Below are positions 20,304-30,045 of a stretch of 64,000 nucleotides of DNA, piece after piece (position 1 is the first letter of the stretch; every line of letters begins with the position of its first letter). Both the position numbers and the translations under genes were made by a program. The DNA is taken from positions 6,500 through 70,499 of the forward strand of contig DAHWNZ010000006.1 of the NCBI GenBank assembly GCA_027339635.1, given 5' to 3'. The DNA is from Candidatus Dormiibacterota bacterium (GTDB lineage Bacteria; Chloroflexota; Dormibacteria; Aeolococcales; Bog-877). Below the pieces are notes generated by a model that ran no database searches, was not told the origin of the DNA, and was given only the letters and a program-made list of their open reading frames with translations.

Positions 20304-21013
20304 GAAGTCTCCAAATCTGCCGCGGTCTGTCCCTTCAGCGGGTTCTTCTTCAGGGTGAGCTGCCCGCGATTCACCATCGCGGTCCGGGGTGCCTGGCGCG
20401 CCACCTTGGAATCGTGGGTCGCGATCACCAGCGTCAGCTCCCGGTTCGCCCGCACCGTCTGAAGCAGGCCCATGATCTCAGATCGGGTGCCCTCGTCGAG
20501 GTTTCCCGTTGGCTCGTCGGCGAGAAGAACCCTCGGCTCCTTGACCAGGGCCCGAGCGATCGCGACCCGCTGCTGCTCGCCGCCCGACAGCTCGGCGGGA
20601 AAGTGCCCGGCTCGGTCACCGAGCCCCACCCCTTCGAGGGCCTCCATCGAGCGCCGGCGCGCATCGTCTCCGCCGATCCCCAGGGGTACCAGGGCGGCCT
20701 GGACGTTCTCGACCGCGCTGAGGGTGGGCATCAGATTGTAATTCTGGAACACGAAGCCCAGGGTTCGTGCCCTCAGGTCCCCAAGGCGCCCCTCCCCCAG
20801 CTTGGAGGTGTCCTGGCCGTCGAGAACCAGGGAGCCCGATGTCGGCCGGTCCAGGGCACCCATGAGCAGGAGCAGGGTTGTCTTCCCGCTTCCGGTTGGG
20901 CCCTGGATGGTGAGGAAATCGCCGTCTTCGACGGTGAGATTCACCCGGCGCAGGGCGTTAACCTCGGCCCTCCCCTTGTGGTAGAGCTTCGAGACATCGG
21001 TCAGCTGGTACAA
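20300..21013 (-). CDS. ABC transporter ATP-binding protein (MacB/LolD type)
   Basis: Walker [10 protein letters not shown], signature LSGGEQQR, Walker B LLADEPT. Confidence 0.9.
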   Translation of the reverse strand: MYQLTDVSKLYHKGRAEVNALRRVNLTVEDGDFLTIQGPTGSGKTTLLLLMGALDRPTSGSLVLDGQDTSKLGEGRLGDLRARTLGFVFQNYNLMPTLSAVENVQAALVPLGIGGDDARRRSMEALEGVGLGDRAGHFPAELSGGEQQRVAIARALVKEPRVLLADEPTGNLDEGTRSEIMGLLQTVRANRELTLVIATHDSKVARQAPRTAMVNRGQLTLKKNPLKGQTAADLETS

Positions 21014-21070
21014 GTGGACGCTCCCTTCTGCTGGTAAGACCGGGTCACGCTGGGGGAGTTGGTCACGTGC

Positions 21071-22555
21071 CTACTCCACCCGCCTCAGAGCATCGGCAGG
21101 GCGCAGCCGCGCAACTCGCCAGCCTCCGATGGCGCCCGCCAGAAGGCCGCCCGCCAGAGCCAGCAGGATGGCGAGGCCGACTACGTCCCAGGAGATGGGG
21201 GCGGTGAGGTGAACGGTCACCGTGTGCGCGGCAGCACCCAGGTTGTGAAGGAAGCTGGGGCGACCGCCCCCGAAGGCGCCGGCCCCGGCCCCCGCCGCGG
21301 GAAAGTGGGCCGCGGTCGTGGCTCCGACCGGAACCTTGACCGTGCCCCCAACCCGCTCGACCAGGAACGCGCCCAGGAAGCCAAGTCCGACTCCTACCGC
21401 CGCACCTAGCACGCCCTGAACCAGGCCCTCGCCCACGATCTGGGCGACGATCCGGCGACTCTTCCAACCCAGGGCCTTGAGGGTGCCGAACTCGCGCACG
21501 CGGCCCGACACCGATGAGAGTGTCAGCATCGCCGCCAGGGCGAAGGCGACCACCAGCACGATCGCGGCCAGCCACTTGCCCAAGGAGCTGGCCAGGCTCG
21601 AGGCCGTCCCCAAGGAGCTGGACACCTGGCTCGCCAGGTCCGCCGCGGTGGTCACGGTCAGCCCTGGAGTCGTCTTGTCGATCTCGCCCTTCACCGCGCC
21701 GATGGCGGAGTTGTTGTCCGCCTCGACGTAGATCGTGTTGACGTCGTCCTTGTCGCCGGCCACGGCCTGGGCCCGGGCGAGCGGGACGTACACATCTGAG
21801 CCGGAGCTGCCACTTGCGGGGGTGACTATCCCAATCACCTTGTACGAGGTGTCTGAGATGGTCACCTTTGAGCCGACCTTGAGGCCCTCCTGCTTGGCGT
21901 AGGAGGAGTCGACAAGTGCCACGTCCGAGTTCAGATCGGAGCTTGAGAAGTAGCCCCCCGAGGTGACGCTCGCCCCGCTGAGCGGACCGAGTCCGGGGGC
22001 GGAGATGTCGACCCCCTCGATCGTGAAGGAGTTGGCCTTGAAGGAGGTTCTCGAGCCGGAGGAGGAGCCGCTGGGCGTCGAGCCCGGCGCGAATCCGGAA
22101 CCCGGCTGGAACGAGCCCGTGAAGGTGAAGTCACTGAGGGCGAGGCCTCCGGCCGCGTCACTCACCCCCTTGAGCTTGGTGATCTTGCTGACATCGGTAG
22201 CCGGGATGACCGCCAGACCGGGGCTGGCGGACACGTGCTGGCCCGAGATCGACGTCGGTCTGGCACCGGTTGGTGGGCCACCGAAAGAGAATGGGCCGCC
22301 CGATCCGAAGCTCGGCGCCTTGGTTACGGTCAGATCGGTGCCGACACCGTAGAGGGAGTGCAGCACCTGCCCCTGAGCGGCGTTGACGCCGCTCGAGGCC
22401 GCGGCCACGGTGACGACCAGCCCCACTCCGACCGCTAGGCCGATTGCGACCAGGCTGGCCTGACGGCGGCGGCGCCGGAGCTCCCGCCACAGATACGTGA
22501 GATACAAGTCCGCTCCTTCAAAGCAGGCCGGGGTGATTCCCTGCTTCCAACTCAA
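21071..22555 (-). CDS. ABC transporter permease, FtsX/MacB-like with large extracytoplasmic domain
   Basis: TM1, long periplasmic-like domain, then 3 C-terminal TM helices typical of the MacB/FtsX fold. Confidence 0.85.
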   Translation of the reverse strand: MSWKQGITPACFEGADLYLTYLWRELRRRRRQASLVAIGLAVGVGLVVTVAAASSGVNAAQGQVLHSLYGVGTDLTVTKAPSFGSGGPFSFGGPPTGARPTSISGQHVSASPGLAVIPATDVSKITKLKGVSDAAGGLALSDFTFTGSFQPGSGFAPGSTPSGSSSGSRTSFKANSFTIEGVDISAPGLGPLSGASVTSGGYFSSSDLNSDVALVDSSYAKQEGLKVGSKVTISDTSYKVIGIVTPASGSSGSDVYVPLARAQAVAGDKDDVNTIYVEADNNSAIGAVKGEIDKTTPGLTVTTAADLASQVSSSLGTASSLASSLGKWLAAIVLVVAFALAAMLTLSSVSGRVREFGTLKALGWKSRRIVAQIVGEGLVQGVLGAAVGVGLGFLGAFLVERVGGTVKVPVGATTAAHFPAAGAGAGAFGGGRPSFLHNLGAAAHTVTVHLTAPISWDVVGLAILLALAGGLLAGAIGGWRVARLRPADALRRVE

Positions 22556-22659
22556 ACGGCCCGCTCTGGGAGCCCCATCGGAAGGCTCTTAGAGAAAACT
22601 GAGAGTCGCCTGCTGAGGTGGATCTAAACTCCAGGTGACTGGGCAAGCTGTCGGCAGAA

Positions 22660-23613
22660 GTGGTGCAGGACTTGGAGGAGTTGGCCGTGGACCGCCTGAT
22701 CGCGCCGGGAATTTGGCAGATAGACACCGAGCTCGGCGGCTGGACCGAGTTGAATGCGGTCTTTCTCATCGAGGGGCAGCGCCCCTGCCTGGTCGAGACC
22801 GGTCCCCAAAGGGACGCCGGCAGGGTCCTCGCAGCGTTGGCCGCCAGGGGCCTCGACGCCAAGGATCTGGCGTACGTGGTCCTGACCCACATCCACCTCG
22901 ACCATGGCGGAGCGGTGGGCGAGGTGGCGCAGCGCTACCCCGGGGCCCGGGTGATCTGCCATCCCAAGGGCCTGCGCCACCTGGCGGACCCGACTCGCCT
23001 GGTGGCCGCCGCCGGGCAGGTGTACGGCGACCGTCTGGATCCCCTCTATGGGCGGATGACCCCAGTAGACGTGGCCAGCCTGGTGGGCGCCGAGGACATG
23101 CAGGTGTTGGACCTCGGGGGCCGCAAGCTGACCCTTGTGCACTCCCCCGGGCACGCCAAGCACCATATCGCCATCCTGGACGACCTGAGCGGGGTGATCC
23201 TCGTGGGTGACGCGGTCGGGGTGAAGGTTCCGGGTGGCGGCCCGCTGCGGCCCGCGATGCCTCCGGACGACTTCGATCTGGAGCTGGCCATCGGGTCGCT
23301 CCACAAGTTCGCCGCCCTCGGGCCCGCGCAGGTGGTTCTCACCCATTTCGGCCCGGCCGGGGAGCCCCAGGAGGTCCTCCACGAGGCGGAGGCCACAATG
23401 CGGCGCTGGTGCCAGGTGGCCGAGTCCGCTTACGCCGAGGTGCCCACCGTCGACCACATCGAGCGCGCCCTCCTGGAGCGGGTGTTCGAGCCGGCGGAGG
23501 ACGCTTCGCGCCAGGAGGTCGTGGACACCCTGAACGGCTTCGCTTCGAACGCGGCTGGAATGCACGGTTGGCTCCGGAGACGGGCGCAGGCTGCCGGGAG
23601 CGACAAGCCCTGA
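22660..23613 (+). CDS. MBL-fold metallo-hydrolase
   Basis: THIHLDHGG metal-binding motif. Confidence 0.8.
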   Translation: MVQDLEELAVDRLIAPGIWQIDTELGGWTELNAVFLIEGQRPCLVETGPQRDAGRVLAALAARGLDAKDLAYVVLTHIHLDHGGAVGEVAQRYPGARVICHPKGLRHLADPTRLVAAAGQVYGDRLDPLYGRMTPVDVASLVGAEDMQVLDLGGRKLTLVHSPGHAKHHIAILDDLSGVILVGDAVGVKVPGGGPLRPAMPPDDFDLELAIGSLHKFAALGPAQVVLTHFGPAGEPQEVLHEAEATMRRWCQVAESAYAEVPTVDHIERALLERVFEPAEDASRQEVVDTLNGFASNAAGMHGWLRRRAQAAGSDKP

Positions 23614-23621
23614 GCGCTTCC

Positions 23622-23642
23622 GGACCCCCTCGCCAGGGGTCC
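23622..23642 (+). terminator. Weak hairpin after MBL gene (GGACCCC-N7-GGGGTCC then TCTC)
   Basis: 7-bp GC stem 9 nt after the stop; poor U-tract. Confidence 0.25.
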
Positions 23643-23766
23643 TCTCAGAGCGCGCGGGAGAGGCTCCAGCCTACTTGACGTTGCGGCAGATGGGAAGTCC
23701 CAATACAATGCGGCTGTTCGCCCGGCGCCTGAGTTCGGGTCCCAAGTCCAGCGGAGGGGTACTGAT

Positions 23767-23916
23767 ATGGCCGTAACCGGCTTCTGCATGAAGTGCAAGA
23801 CGGCGAGGGAGATCTCCAACCCCCAGCCTACCCAGCTGAAGAACGGCAAGCCGGCAACCACCGGCACCTGCCCGGTCTGCGGCACCAAGATCTTCAAGAT
23901 CGGGAAGGCAGCCTGA
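23767..23916 (+). CDS. DUF5679-like small zinc-ribbon protein (49 aa)
   Basis: MAVTGFCMKCKTAREISNPQPTQLKNGKPATTGTCPVCGTKIFKIGKAA; CxxC...CxxC; GGAGGGG SD; absent from ORF track (<60 aa). Confidence 0.7.
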   Translation: MAVTGFCMKCKTAREISNPQPTQLKNGKPATTGTCPVCGTKIFKIGKAA

Positions 23917-23947
23917 TCCGGCACGGCGCCGGCCGGGGTCGAGCCCT

Positions 23948-25363
23948 GTGGCTGGGCCCCGGCCGGTGAGTGGCGGAGAGGAGCACGTCGCCGCCGCCAT
24001 AGCGGCACGGGAACGTGCCCTTGTCGCGGGCTTGAAGCGGTGGGTGGAGATCCCATCGATCAGCACCGACCCGAGCCACGCCTCGGACTGTGTGCGTTCG
24101 GCGGAGTTCCTGAAGGAGTACGCGCTGGCGTGCGGCATGACCAGGGCCGAGATCTGGCCCACGGCCGGGCACCCGGCGGTATTTGCCGAGCGGCTGGAGG
24201 ACCCCTCCCTGCCTACCGTTTTGGTGTACGGGCACCATGACGTGCAGCCGGTCGACCCGGTCGAGGAGTGGGAGGCGGCCCCCTTTCAACCGCTCGAACG
24301 CGACGGGCTCCTCCTTGGGAGGGGCACCGCGGATGACAAGGGCCACATCCTCATGCACCTGGAGGCGGTTCGGGGCATCCTCGACGCCGAGGGCCGCCTG
24401 CCAGTCAATCTCAAGCTGATCGCCGAGGGCGAGGAGGAGAACGGGTCCGAGCACTTCGAGTCCGTCCTGAAGGAGCACCTGGGCCAGCTCGAGGCCGATG
24501 TCGCGGTCATCAGCGACACGGGCATGCTGTCCAGGGAGCAGCCGGCGCTCACCATCGCCCTGCGGGGGATGGCCTACTGGGAGGTGCGGGTCAGAACCTC
24601 CGACACGGACCTCCACTCGGGCGTTTACGGCGGCGCCGTCCTCAACCCAATCGCGGTCCTGTGCCAGATGCTGGCGGGGCTCCACGACGACGCGGGCCGG
24701 GTCACGGTGCCAGGATTCTACGATCAAGTCCGCAGCCTCTCGACGGCTGAACGGGACGAGCTGGCCCAGGTGCCGTTCGACGAGGACTCGTTCCTGCGGC
24801 CGGTGGGCGCGATCTCGGGGGGAGAGGCCGGCTACAGCCTGATGGAGAGACGTACCATCCGGCCCACCCTGGAGATCTGCGGAATCTGGGGCGGCTACCA
24901 GGGGGAGGGTGCCAAGACGGTGATCCCGGCGCGGGCTGGAGCGAAGCTGTCCTCGCGGCTGGTGCCGGATCAGACAGCCGATGAGGTGACCCTTCTGGTC
25001 GGCAACCATCTGCGCCGAACCGCCCCGGCGGGCGTGCAGGTCGAGTTCGAGCTGATCCACGACGGCCGCTGGGTTCTCACCCCGGCCTCCCATCCCGCAG
25101 TTGACGCGGCGGCTGACGCCCTGGCCGCGGTGTGGGGAAGAAGACCGTCCTACATCAGGGAGGGCGGGAGCATTCCCCCGGTGGCGACGATCGCCGAGCT
25201 GCTCAGCGTGCCCTGCGTGCTGCTGGGCGTGGGATTGCCCGAGGACCACATACACGCCCCCAACGAGAGGGTCGACCTGGGCCAGCTGTTTCGCGGAATG
25301 CAGAGCCTGGGGAGGCTCTGGCAGGCCTACTCGGAGCTGGGTCGAGAAAGGCTCAGCGGCTGA
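23948..25363 (+). CDS. M20-family dipeptidase/metallo-hydrolase
   Basis: YGHHDVQPVDP and GRGTADDKG motifs of M20/ArgE/DapE-type peptidases. Confidence 0.85.
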   Translation: MAGPRPVSGGEEHVAAAIAARERALVAGLKRWVEIPSISTDPSHASDCVRSAEFLKEYALACGMTRAEIWPTAGHPAVFAERLEDPSLPTVLVYGHHDVQPVDPVEEWEAAPFQPLERDGLLLGRGTADDKGHILMHLEAVRGILDAEGRLPVNLKLIAEGEEENGSEHFESVLKEHLGQLEADVAVISDTGMLSREQPALTIALRGMAYWEVRVRTSDTDLHSGVYGGAVLNPIAVLCQMLAGLHDDAGRVTVPGFYDQVRSLSTAERDELAQVPFDEDSFLRPVGAISGGEAGYSLMERRTIRPTLEICGIWGGYQGEGAKTVIPARAGAKLSSRLVPDQTADEVTLLVGNHLRRTAPAGVQVEFELIHDGRWVLTPASHPAVDAAADALAAVWGRRPSYIREGGSIPPVATIAELLSVPCVLLGVGLPEDHIHAPNERVDLGQLFRGMQSLGRLWQAYSELGRERLSG

Positions 25364-26036
25364 TCGGAGCGAGTTCGGTCGGGGTTCCGAGCAGGAAGTC
25401 GGAGCTCGGGCGATCGGTGAATATCAGGATCTGATCTCCCACCGCAAGCGGCGAGTCCCCGTCCACCTCCTGGCCATCTCGTAGCGTGAGAAGCACCCGT
25501 TCACGGGCGAAGGCCGGCACCTCCGAGGGCCGGCGGCCCACCGCCTCCCCCATGGGAACCGTGATGCGCATCACGGCCCGGTCGGTGCCCTCCATGGGCA
25601 TGCGCTCGATGTCCGTGCTGTTCACCAGGGCGGTGTCAATCTGGTTCAAAATGAGCTCGGTCGCTGACACCGCGATGTCGACTCCGAGCTTCTGGAAGAG
25701 CGGCACGTTGCTCGGGTTGTTGACCCGGGCTATTGTGTGGGGCACCTTGAAGTTGAGCTTCGCCAGCTGGCAGGCCACCAGGTTGTCCTCGTCGTCGCCG
25801 GTGACTGCAGCTAGGACGTCCGCCCGCTCGATCCCGCTGGTGGCCAGAAATGCCATCTCGTCACCGTCTCCGACCAGACAGGCGCAGCTTCCCAGCTGGG
25901 CCGAGATGGAGGAAGCCCGGATGCGGTCCTTCTCGATCAGGGCGACCTCGTATCCGGCCTTGAGGAGGCGGTGGGTCAGATAGAACCCTACCTTGCCACC
26001 CCCGACCACTATCACGTAGGCGGGCCGCTCAGCCAT
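25353..26036 (-). CDS. TrkA/RCK-family K+ transport regulatory protein (RCK_N + RCK_C)
   Basis: VIVVGGGKVGFYL Rossmann motif; C-terminal TrkA_C-like segment. Confidence 0.85.
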   Translation of the reverse strand: MAERPAYVIVVGGGKVGFYLTHRLLKAGYEVALIEKDRIRASSISAQLGSCACLVGDGDEMAFLATSGIERADVLAAVTGDDEDNLVACQLAKLNFKVPHTIARVNNPSNVPLFQKLGVDIAVSATELILNQIDTALVNSTDIERMPMEGTDRAVMRITVPMGEAVGRRPSEVPAFARERVLLTLRDGQEVDGDSPLAVGDQILIFTDRPSSDFLLGTPTELAPISR

Positions 26037-26547
26037 CCGCCACCCCCGACACGGTCACGGCGGCACGGGCGCGGTCAGCCGCCTCCGGCCCCTCCTCGAA
26101 GAAGGTCTTCGCTATGGCGGCCCCGACCACGGTCGGACAGTAGGTGTAAAGGCCCATCTCGCGATACACCCTCTCGCGGATGGGATCGTAGATCCTGGTC
26201 ATGACCCGCGGGATATGGAAGATCGCCCTCGCTACCTGGGCGCTCATGATGTTGCGGTTGTCGCCATTGGTCACGGATATGAACCAATCGGTCTGGGCCG
26301 CGCCGGCCTCCTCCAGGACATGCTGATCGGTGCCGTTTCCCAAGACCATACGGCCCTTGAAGCTCTCGCCTAGACGGTCGAATGCCTGCCGGGAGCTGTC
26401 GACCACCGTCACCTGGTGACCCTCCTCGGCTAGGGCCAGGGCGAGACGGGCACCCACCCTACCGCAGCCCACGATCAGGACCCTCACCTGTCGGAGTATA
26501 GCCGCGAGTGGGACAGGATCCTCTCGCCCTGGCCCGGCGGTGGGCAC
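26029..26547 (-). CDS. TrkA_N (RCK N-terminal, NAD-binding) domain protein
   Basis: VLIVGCGRVGARLA Rossmann motif; 8-nt overlap with downstream TrkA gene. Confidence 0.75.
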   Translation of the reverse strand: MPTAGPGREDPVPLAAILRQVRVLIVGCGRVGARLALALAEEGHQVTVVDSSRQAFDRLGESFKGRMVLGNGTDQHVLEEAGAAQTDWFISVTNGDNRNIMSAQVARAIFHIPRVMTRIYDPIRERVYREMGLYTYCPTVVGAAIAKTFFEEGPEAADRARAAVTVSGVADG

Positions 26548-26610
26548 CTGCCGGTTGGGCCGGCGCGCCGTGACTCGAAACCAGGGTCGGCCGGTGGCCG
26601 TTGCAGGAGC

Positions 26611-28716
26611 ATGGCGCCAAGTCGACAGCGCGCCCGGCTCTTGCCTGGTTGGAGCCGGCGTGCGCTAACTCCTTTTCCGGTGCTGCTCGTACTCACCACT
26701 GTGCTCACGAGTGGGTGCGCCACCGCCGCCCGAACGCAACCATCCCGGCTCCCGCGCGCGGTACTGTTCCAAGTCATCCCCACCCCGGGCCGGCAGCCAG
26801 ATTGCGGGAACCCGGCGGGCGGGTCCGGAGTCGCGCCCGCCGGAGGGCCCCTCGTCAACTACGTCACGGCGGAGGCCCCGGGTGGCGAGGCCTTCGCCGA
26901 CTGCAACCTCGTGGCGACCCGACCAGATGGCTCCTCGCAGTGGCACTTCCATCACCTCCAGATGGACGTGATGGGGCTCAGCGTCCTGAGTGATGGGCGG
27001 GTGCTGGGCTTCGGATTCAACCCAGCGGGGACCTCGGTCACCTGGTCGATGGTGTCAGGACCGGTGGCTTCCGGGAGGTGGACCGCGACCCGCCTCACCG
27101 GGATCGGCCCGTCGACGTACGACTCCCTGAGCTGCAGCCTGAGCGGTCAGGTCTGTGTCGCCTTCCCCGCTCCCGACGTGGTCTGGGAAGGGCTCTGTCC
27201 GACGCCGGTCATGGGAGCGCCGACTCCGCCCCCGGCGACGCCGACAGGGCCGGTGTTCGTTTACCGGCCAGGCTCCGGGTGGGCGGCCATCACAGGGCTG
27301 CCCGCCAACCTGAGCACGATGACGGGTGCCGTCACCTCGGACGGCGCCATCATCCTCGGCGGATCTGAGGATGGCAGAGGGGTAATTCTCACGAGCGAGA
27401 ACCAGGGATTGACGTTCGTTCCCAGGGCCACCCCGCCGGCCCCCGTGACAGCCATCGCCGCCAACTCCCAACGCGTCGTGGCCGTGGGTGGCACTCCAAG
27501 CTGCGACTTCGGACCCACGACCGACGGGGACACTCAGGAGATCTACTCCAGCTCTGCCTCCGGGACGAGCTGGACCAAGGACCTGGATCTGACGGCCACC
27601 TCCGCTCCGCTCACCGGGGTTGCCCTTACCGGCTCCGGCTCTGCTGTGATAGCCGCAGGGTCGTCGACCCAGTGCGGTCTGGCCGACGACGGGTTCTGTT
27701 TCCAGGAGATAGCGGAGGCGCCGCCCTCTCTCACGTCCCTGGTCAGGCCTGCCCACTTTGACCAGCTCGAATTGGTCAGCTTCGCGGCGAGTGGGAGTCG
27801 GGTTCTGGCGGTGAACTCCCAAGGTTTGCTTGAAGCGGGGGCCCCCAGCCTCGGGCGGTGGACCGTCCAGGGCGCGGTCACGGAGCCCGCCCTGGAGAAC
27901 GTGAACTTCTTCCCCTCACACCCCACCATGGGGGTGGCTGAGCTCTCGCTCGGGTCTGAGACCGCCGCCGTCGAGACCGACGACGGCGGCTTCCACTGGA
28001 CTTCCGGGCCCGTCCAGCCTCGATCGGCCGCGGGCCCCATCGCCTGGGCATCTTTCAGAGTCGGCTTCGCCGTCGGCCAGGATCCCAAGGCCGGGCTTCT
28101 GGTCACGACTGACGGCGGCCACCATTGGCGCTCCTACTCCTGGCCCGGTGACGACGAGGAGGTGAGCTGGCTGTACTTTCAGAGTCCCAAGGTTGGTTTC
28201 GCCGCCCTGGACACGGCGGGAGGAATGATGCACCTCATCGCGACCTCCGACGGTGGCCGACAGTGGCGCCCTGTGGCTCACTCCGATCAGAAGCTGGCGG
28301 ATCTACCCGCCGACATCGCGGCCGTTCGCTCCGGCGGAGAGACAACGATCGCAGTCCTTCGCGAGTGGGGATGGCGGCTGATCACCGACGGCAGGACGGT
28401 GTCGACCACGACCTTCCGAGGCCCGGTGGCGGTCAGTGCCGTGGCCCTGCAACCCGGAGGGCTGGTGTGGGCGGCGGGTACCAGCAGCTGGTGGTACGCA
28501 CCCAGCCCGATCCTGCTAGTGAGCGCCGGAGGACACCGCGGCCGCCGTATCGGGGAGCTTCCCTTCGACTCCGCCCCCCAGGAGATGGAGTTCAGCACCG
28601 CTCGAGATGGCTGGATGGTTGATCAGGGCCAGCTCTTCACGACCCAAGACGGAGGGCTTGACTGGAAGCAGGTGCCCCTTCGCGCGGTTGCCGTCGCCGG
28701 CTATTCGGTGAGCTGA
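26611..28716 (+). CDS. Large lipoprotein with BNR/Asp-box (Ycf48-like beta-propeller) repeats
   Basis: Lipobox LTSGC; repeated SxDGGxxW motifs (TDGGHHW, SDGGRQW, QDGGLDW, DDGGFHW, SGTSWT). Confidence 0.7.
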   Translation: MAPSRQRARLLPGWSRRALTPFPVLLVLTTVLTSGCATAARTQPSRLPRAVLFQVIPTPGRQPDCGNPAGGSGVAPAGGPLVNYVTAEAPGGEAFADCNLVATRPDGSSQWHFHHLQMDVMGLSVLSDGRVLGFGFNPAGTSVTWSMVSGPVASGRWTATRLTGIGPSTYDSLSCSLSGQVCVAFPAPDVVWEGLCPTPVMGAPTPPPATPTGPVFVYRPGSGWAAITGLPANLSTMTGAVTSDGAIILGGSEDGRGVILTSENQGLTFVPRATPPAPVTAIAANSQRVVAVGGTPSCDFGPTTDGDTQEIYSSSASGTSWTKDLDLTATSAPLTGVALTGSGSAVIAAGSSTQCGLADDGFCFQEIAEAPPSLTSLVRPAHFDQLELVSFAASGSRVLAVNSQGLLEAGAPSLGRWTVQGAVTEPALENVNFFPSHPTMGVAELSLGSETAAVETDDGGFHWTSGPVQPRSAAGPIAWASFRVGFAVGQDPKAGLLVTTDGGHHWRSYSWPGDDEEVSWLYFQSPKVGFAALDTAGGMMHLIATSDGGRQWRPVAHSDQKLADLPADIAAVRSGGETTIAVLREWGWRLITDGRTVSTTTFRGPVAVSAVALQPGGLVWAAGTSSWWYAPSPILLVSAGGHRGRRIGELPFDSAPQEMEFSTARDGWMVDQGQLFTTQDGGLDWKQVPLRAVAVAGYSVS

Positions 28717-28844
28717 GAAGGCTGGGTCGAGCCGAAGACAGTGCAGCGTCTCAAACAGCAGCCGCTGGACCCTGTCGCGGGCACGGAGCCCCGCGGGGGC
28801 GGATCCTGTGCGAGGATGCCCCAGCGCGCCACAATGGAGGACCC

Positions 28845-29375
28845 ATGGCCTCTCGCTTCTTCCGCTCCGGCACAACCACGGCTCCAGATCGCCTGGGGGT
28901 CCTGGGACCGCGCCGGATCGTGGTACCGGTTAAGGGCGACGCGGTCGATGGGGACGCCCTGCGCGCCGCCTGCCGCCTGGCTCGGCCGGCTAGAGCGGAG
29001 ATTCTGGTGATAACCGTTCTGGAGGTGCCCCGGCACCTTCCCTTGACCGTCAACCTGGAGCAGGAGCTTGGGGAGGCCGAGGAGATCCTGGCCCAGATGG
29101 AGCAGCTGGCTGAGAAGCTGGGAACCAGGATCGAGACCACCGTCCTCCAGGCCAGGGAGTCCGGGCCGGCCGTGGTCGACGAGGCCAAGAGGTGGGGGGC
29201 CGACTTGGTGGTGGTGGGGTTGGGAAGCCCCCAGAGGTTCGGGGAATTCGTGCTGGATCGCAATGGCGAGGAGCTGCTCAACCGCGTCCATTGCCGGCTC
29301 ATCATGATCCGCGAGGCTCTTGATGAGACCGATCTTGACCGCAACACGGTGACCGCCCCGACAACACCGGACTGA
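28845..29375 (+). CDS. Universal stress protein (UspA family)
   Basis: C-terminal GADLVVVGLGS...G ATP-binding motif. Confidence 0.8.
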   Translation: MASRFFRSGTTTAPDRLGVLGPRRIVVPVKGDAVDGDALRAACRLARPARAEILVITVLEVPRHLPLTVNLEQELGEAEEILAQMEQLAEKLGTRIETTVLQARESGPAVVDEAKRWGADLVVVGLGSPQRFGEFVLDRNGEELLNRVHCRLIMIREALDETDLDRNTVTAPTTPD

Positions 29376-29379
29376 ACGC

Positions 29380-29985
29380 TCAGCGGGCGCGCCGCAGCAG
29401 CAGTCTCCACCCGACCCAGATCGCGACCGCAACCAGGACCAGCCCCAGGGTGGGCAGCAGGCTCTTGGAACCCAGGTCGAGAATGGTCTTGTAGTTCGCG
29501 CCCAAGGCGTCGCCGACGGAGGTGACGGTGGCGCACCAAACCAGCGCGCCGAGCAGCATGGCGGGATAGAAGACCTTGGGGGGAATGGCCGCGATCCCGG
29601 CAGCGTAGGACGCGATGTTGCGGGCGAAGGGGATGACTCGCGTCAGAAACACCCCGATCCCGCCTCGCCTGCGGACCCAGGTTGCCGCCTCATCGAGTCG
29701 TTTCTCGGAGATCCGAACCCTGGACGCGATCCGGATCACCACCGGGCGTCCGAGAGCGTACCCGATCTGGTACGAGATGGCCGCCCCAATCGCCGACCCG
29801 GCCACGGCGCAGAGGATGAGCGGAACCAGCGACACCGATCCCCGGTGGGCAAGAAAACCCAGCGTGAGCAGGATCGCTTCGTCCGGCAGGGGCAGGCCGA
29901 CCGACTCCCCCGCCAGCCACAAGAGGACGAAGGCATAGACCCCCAGGGGCGGGAGGTGGGTGAGCTGAGAGAGGATGTGGGTCAT
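29380..29985 (-). CDS. DedA-family (SNARE-associated / VTT domain) membrane protein
   Basis: Conserved GESVGLPLPDEAILL N-terminal motif. Confidence 0.8.
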   Translation of the reverse strand: MTHILSQLTHLPPLGVYAFVLLWLAGESVGLPLPDEAILLTLGFLAHRGSVSLVPLILCAVAGSAIGAAISYQIGYALGRPVVIRIASRVRISEKRLDEAATWVRRRGGIGVFLTRVIPFARNIASYAAGIAAIPPKVFYPAMLLGALVWCATVTSVGDALGANYKTILDLGSKSLLPTLGLVLVAVAIWVGWRLLLRRAR

Positions 29986-30045
29986 GATGGGGCTCCCAGG
30001 AGGCTAGTTGAAGACCCTGAGAGCCACCCATGTGCCCTCAGGGGC

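Noticed and set aside
23676-23700. GGGAAGTCCC motif resembling the RNase P RNA conserved GGAAAGUCCGGGC block
   Set aside because: Only a 9-nt partial match; no flanking P4 pseudoknot elements; the spacer is far too short for rnpB.
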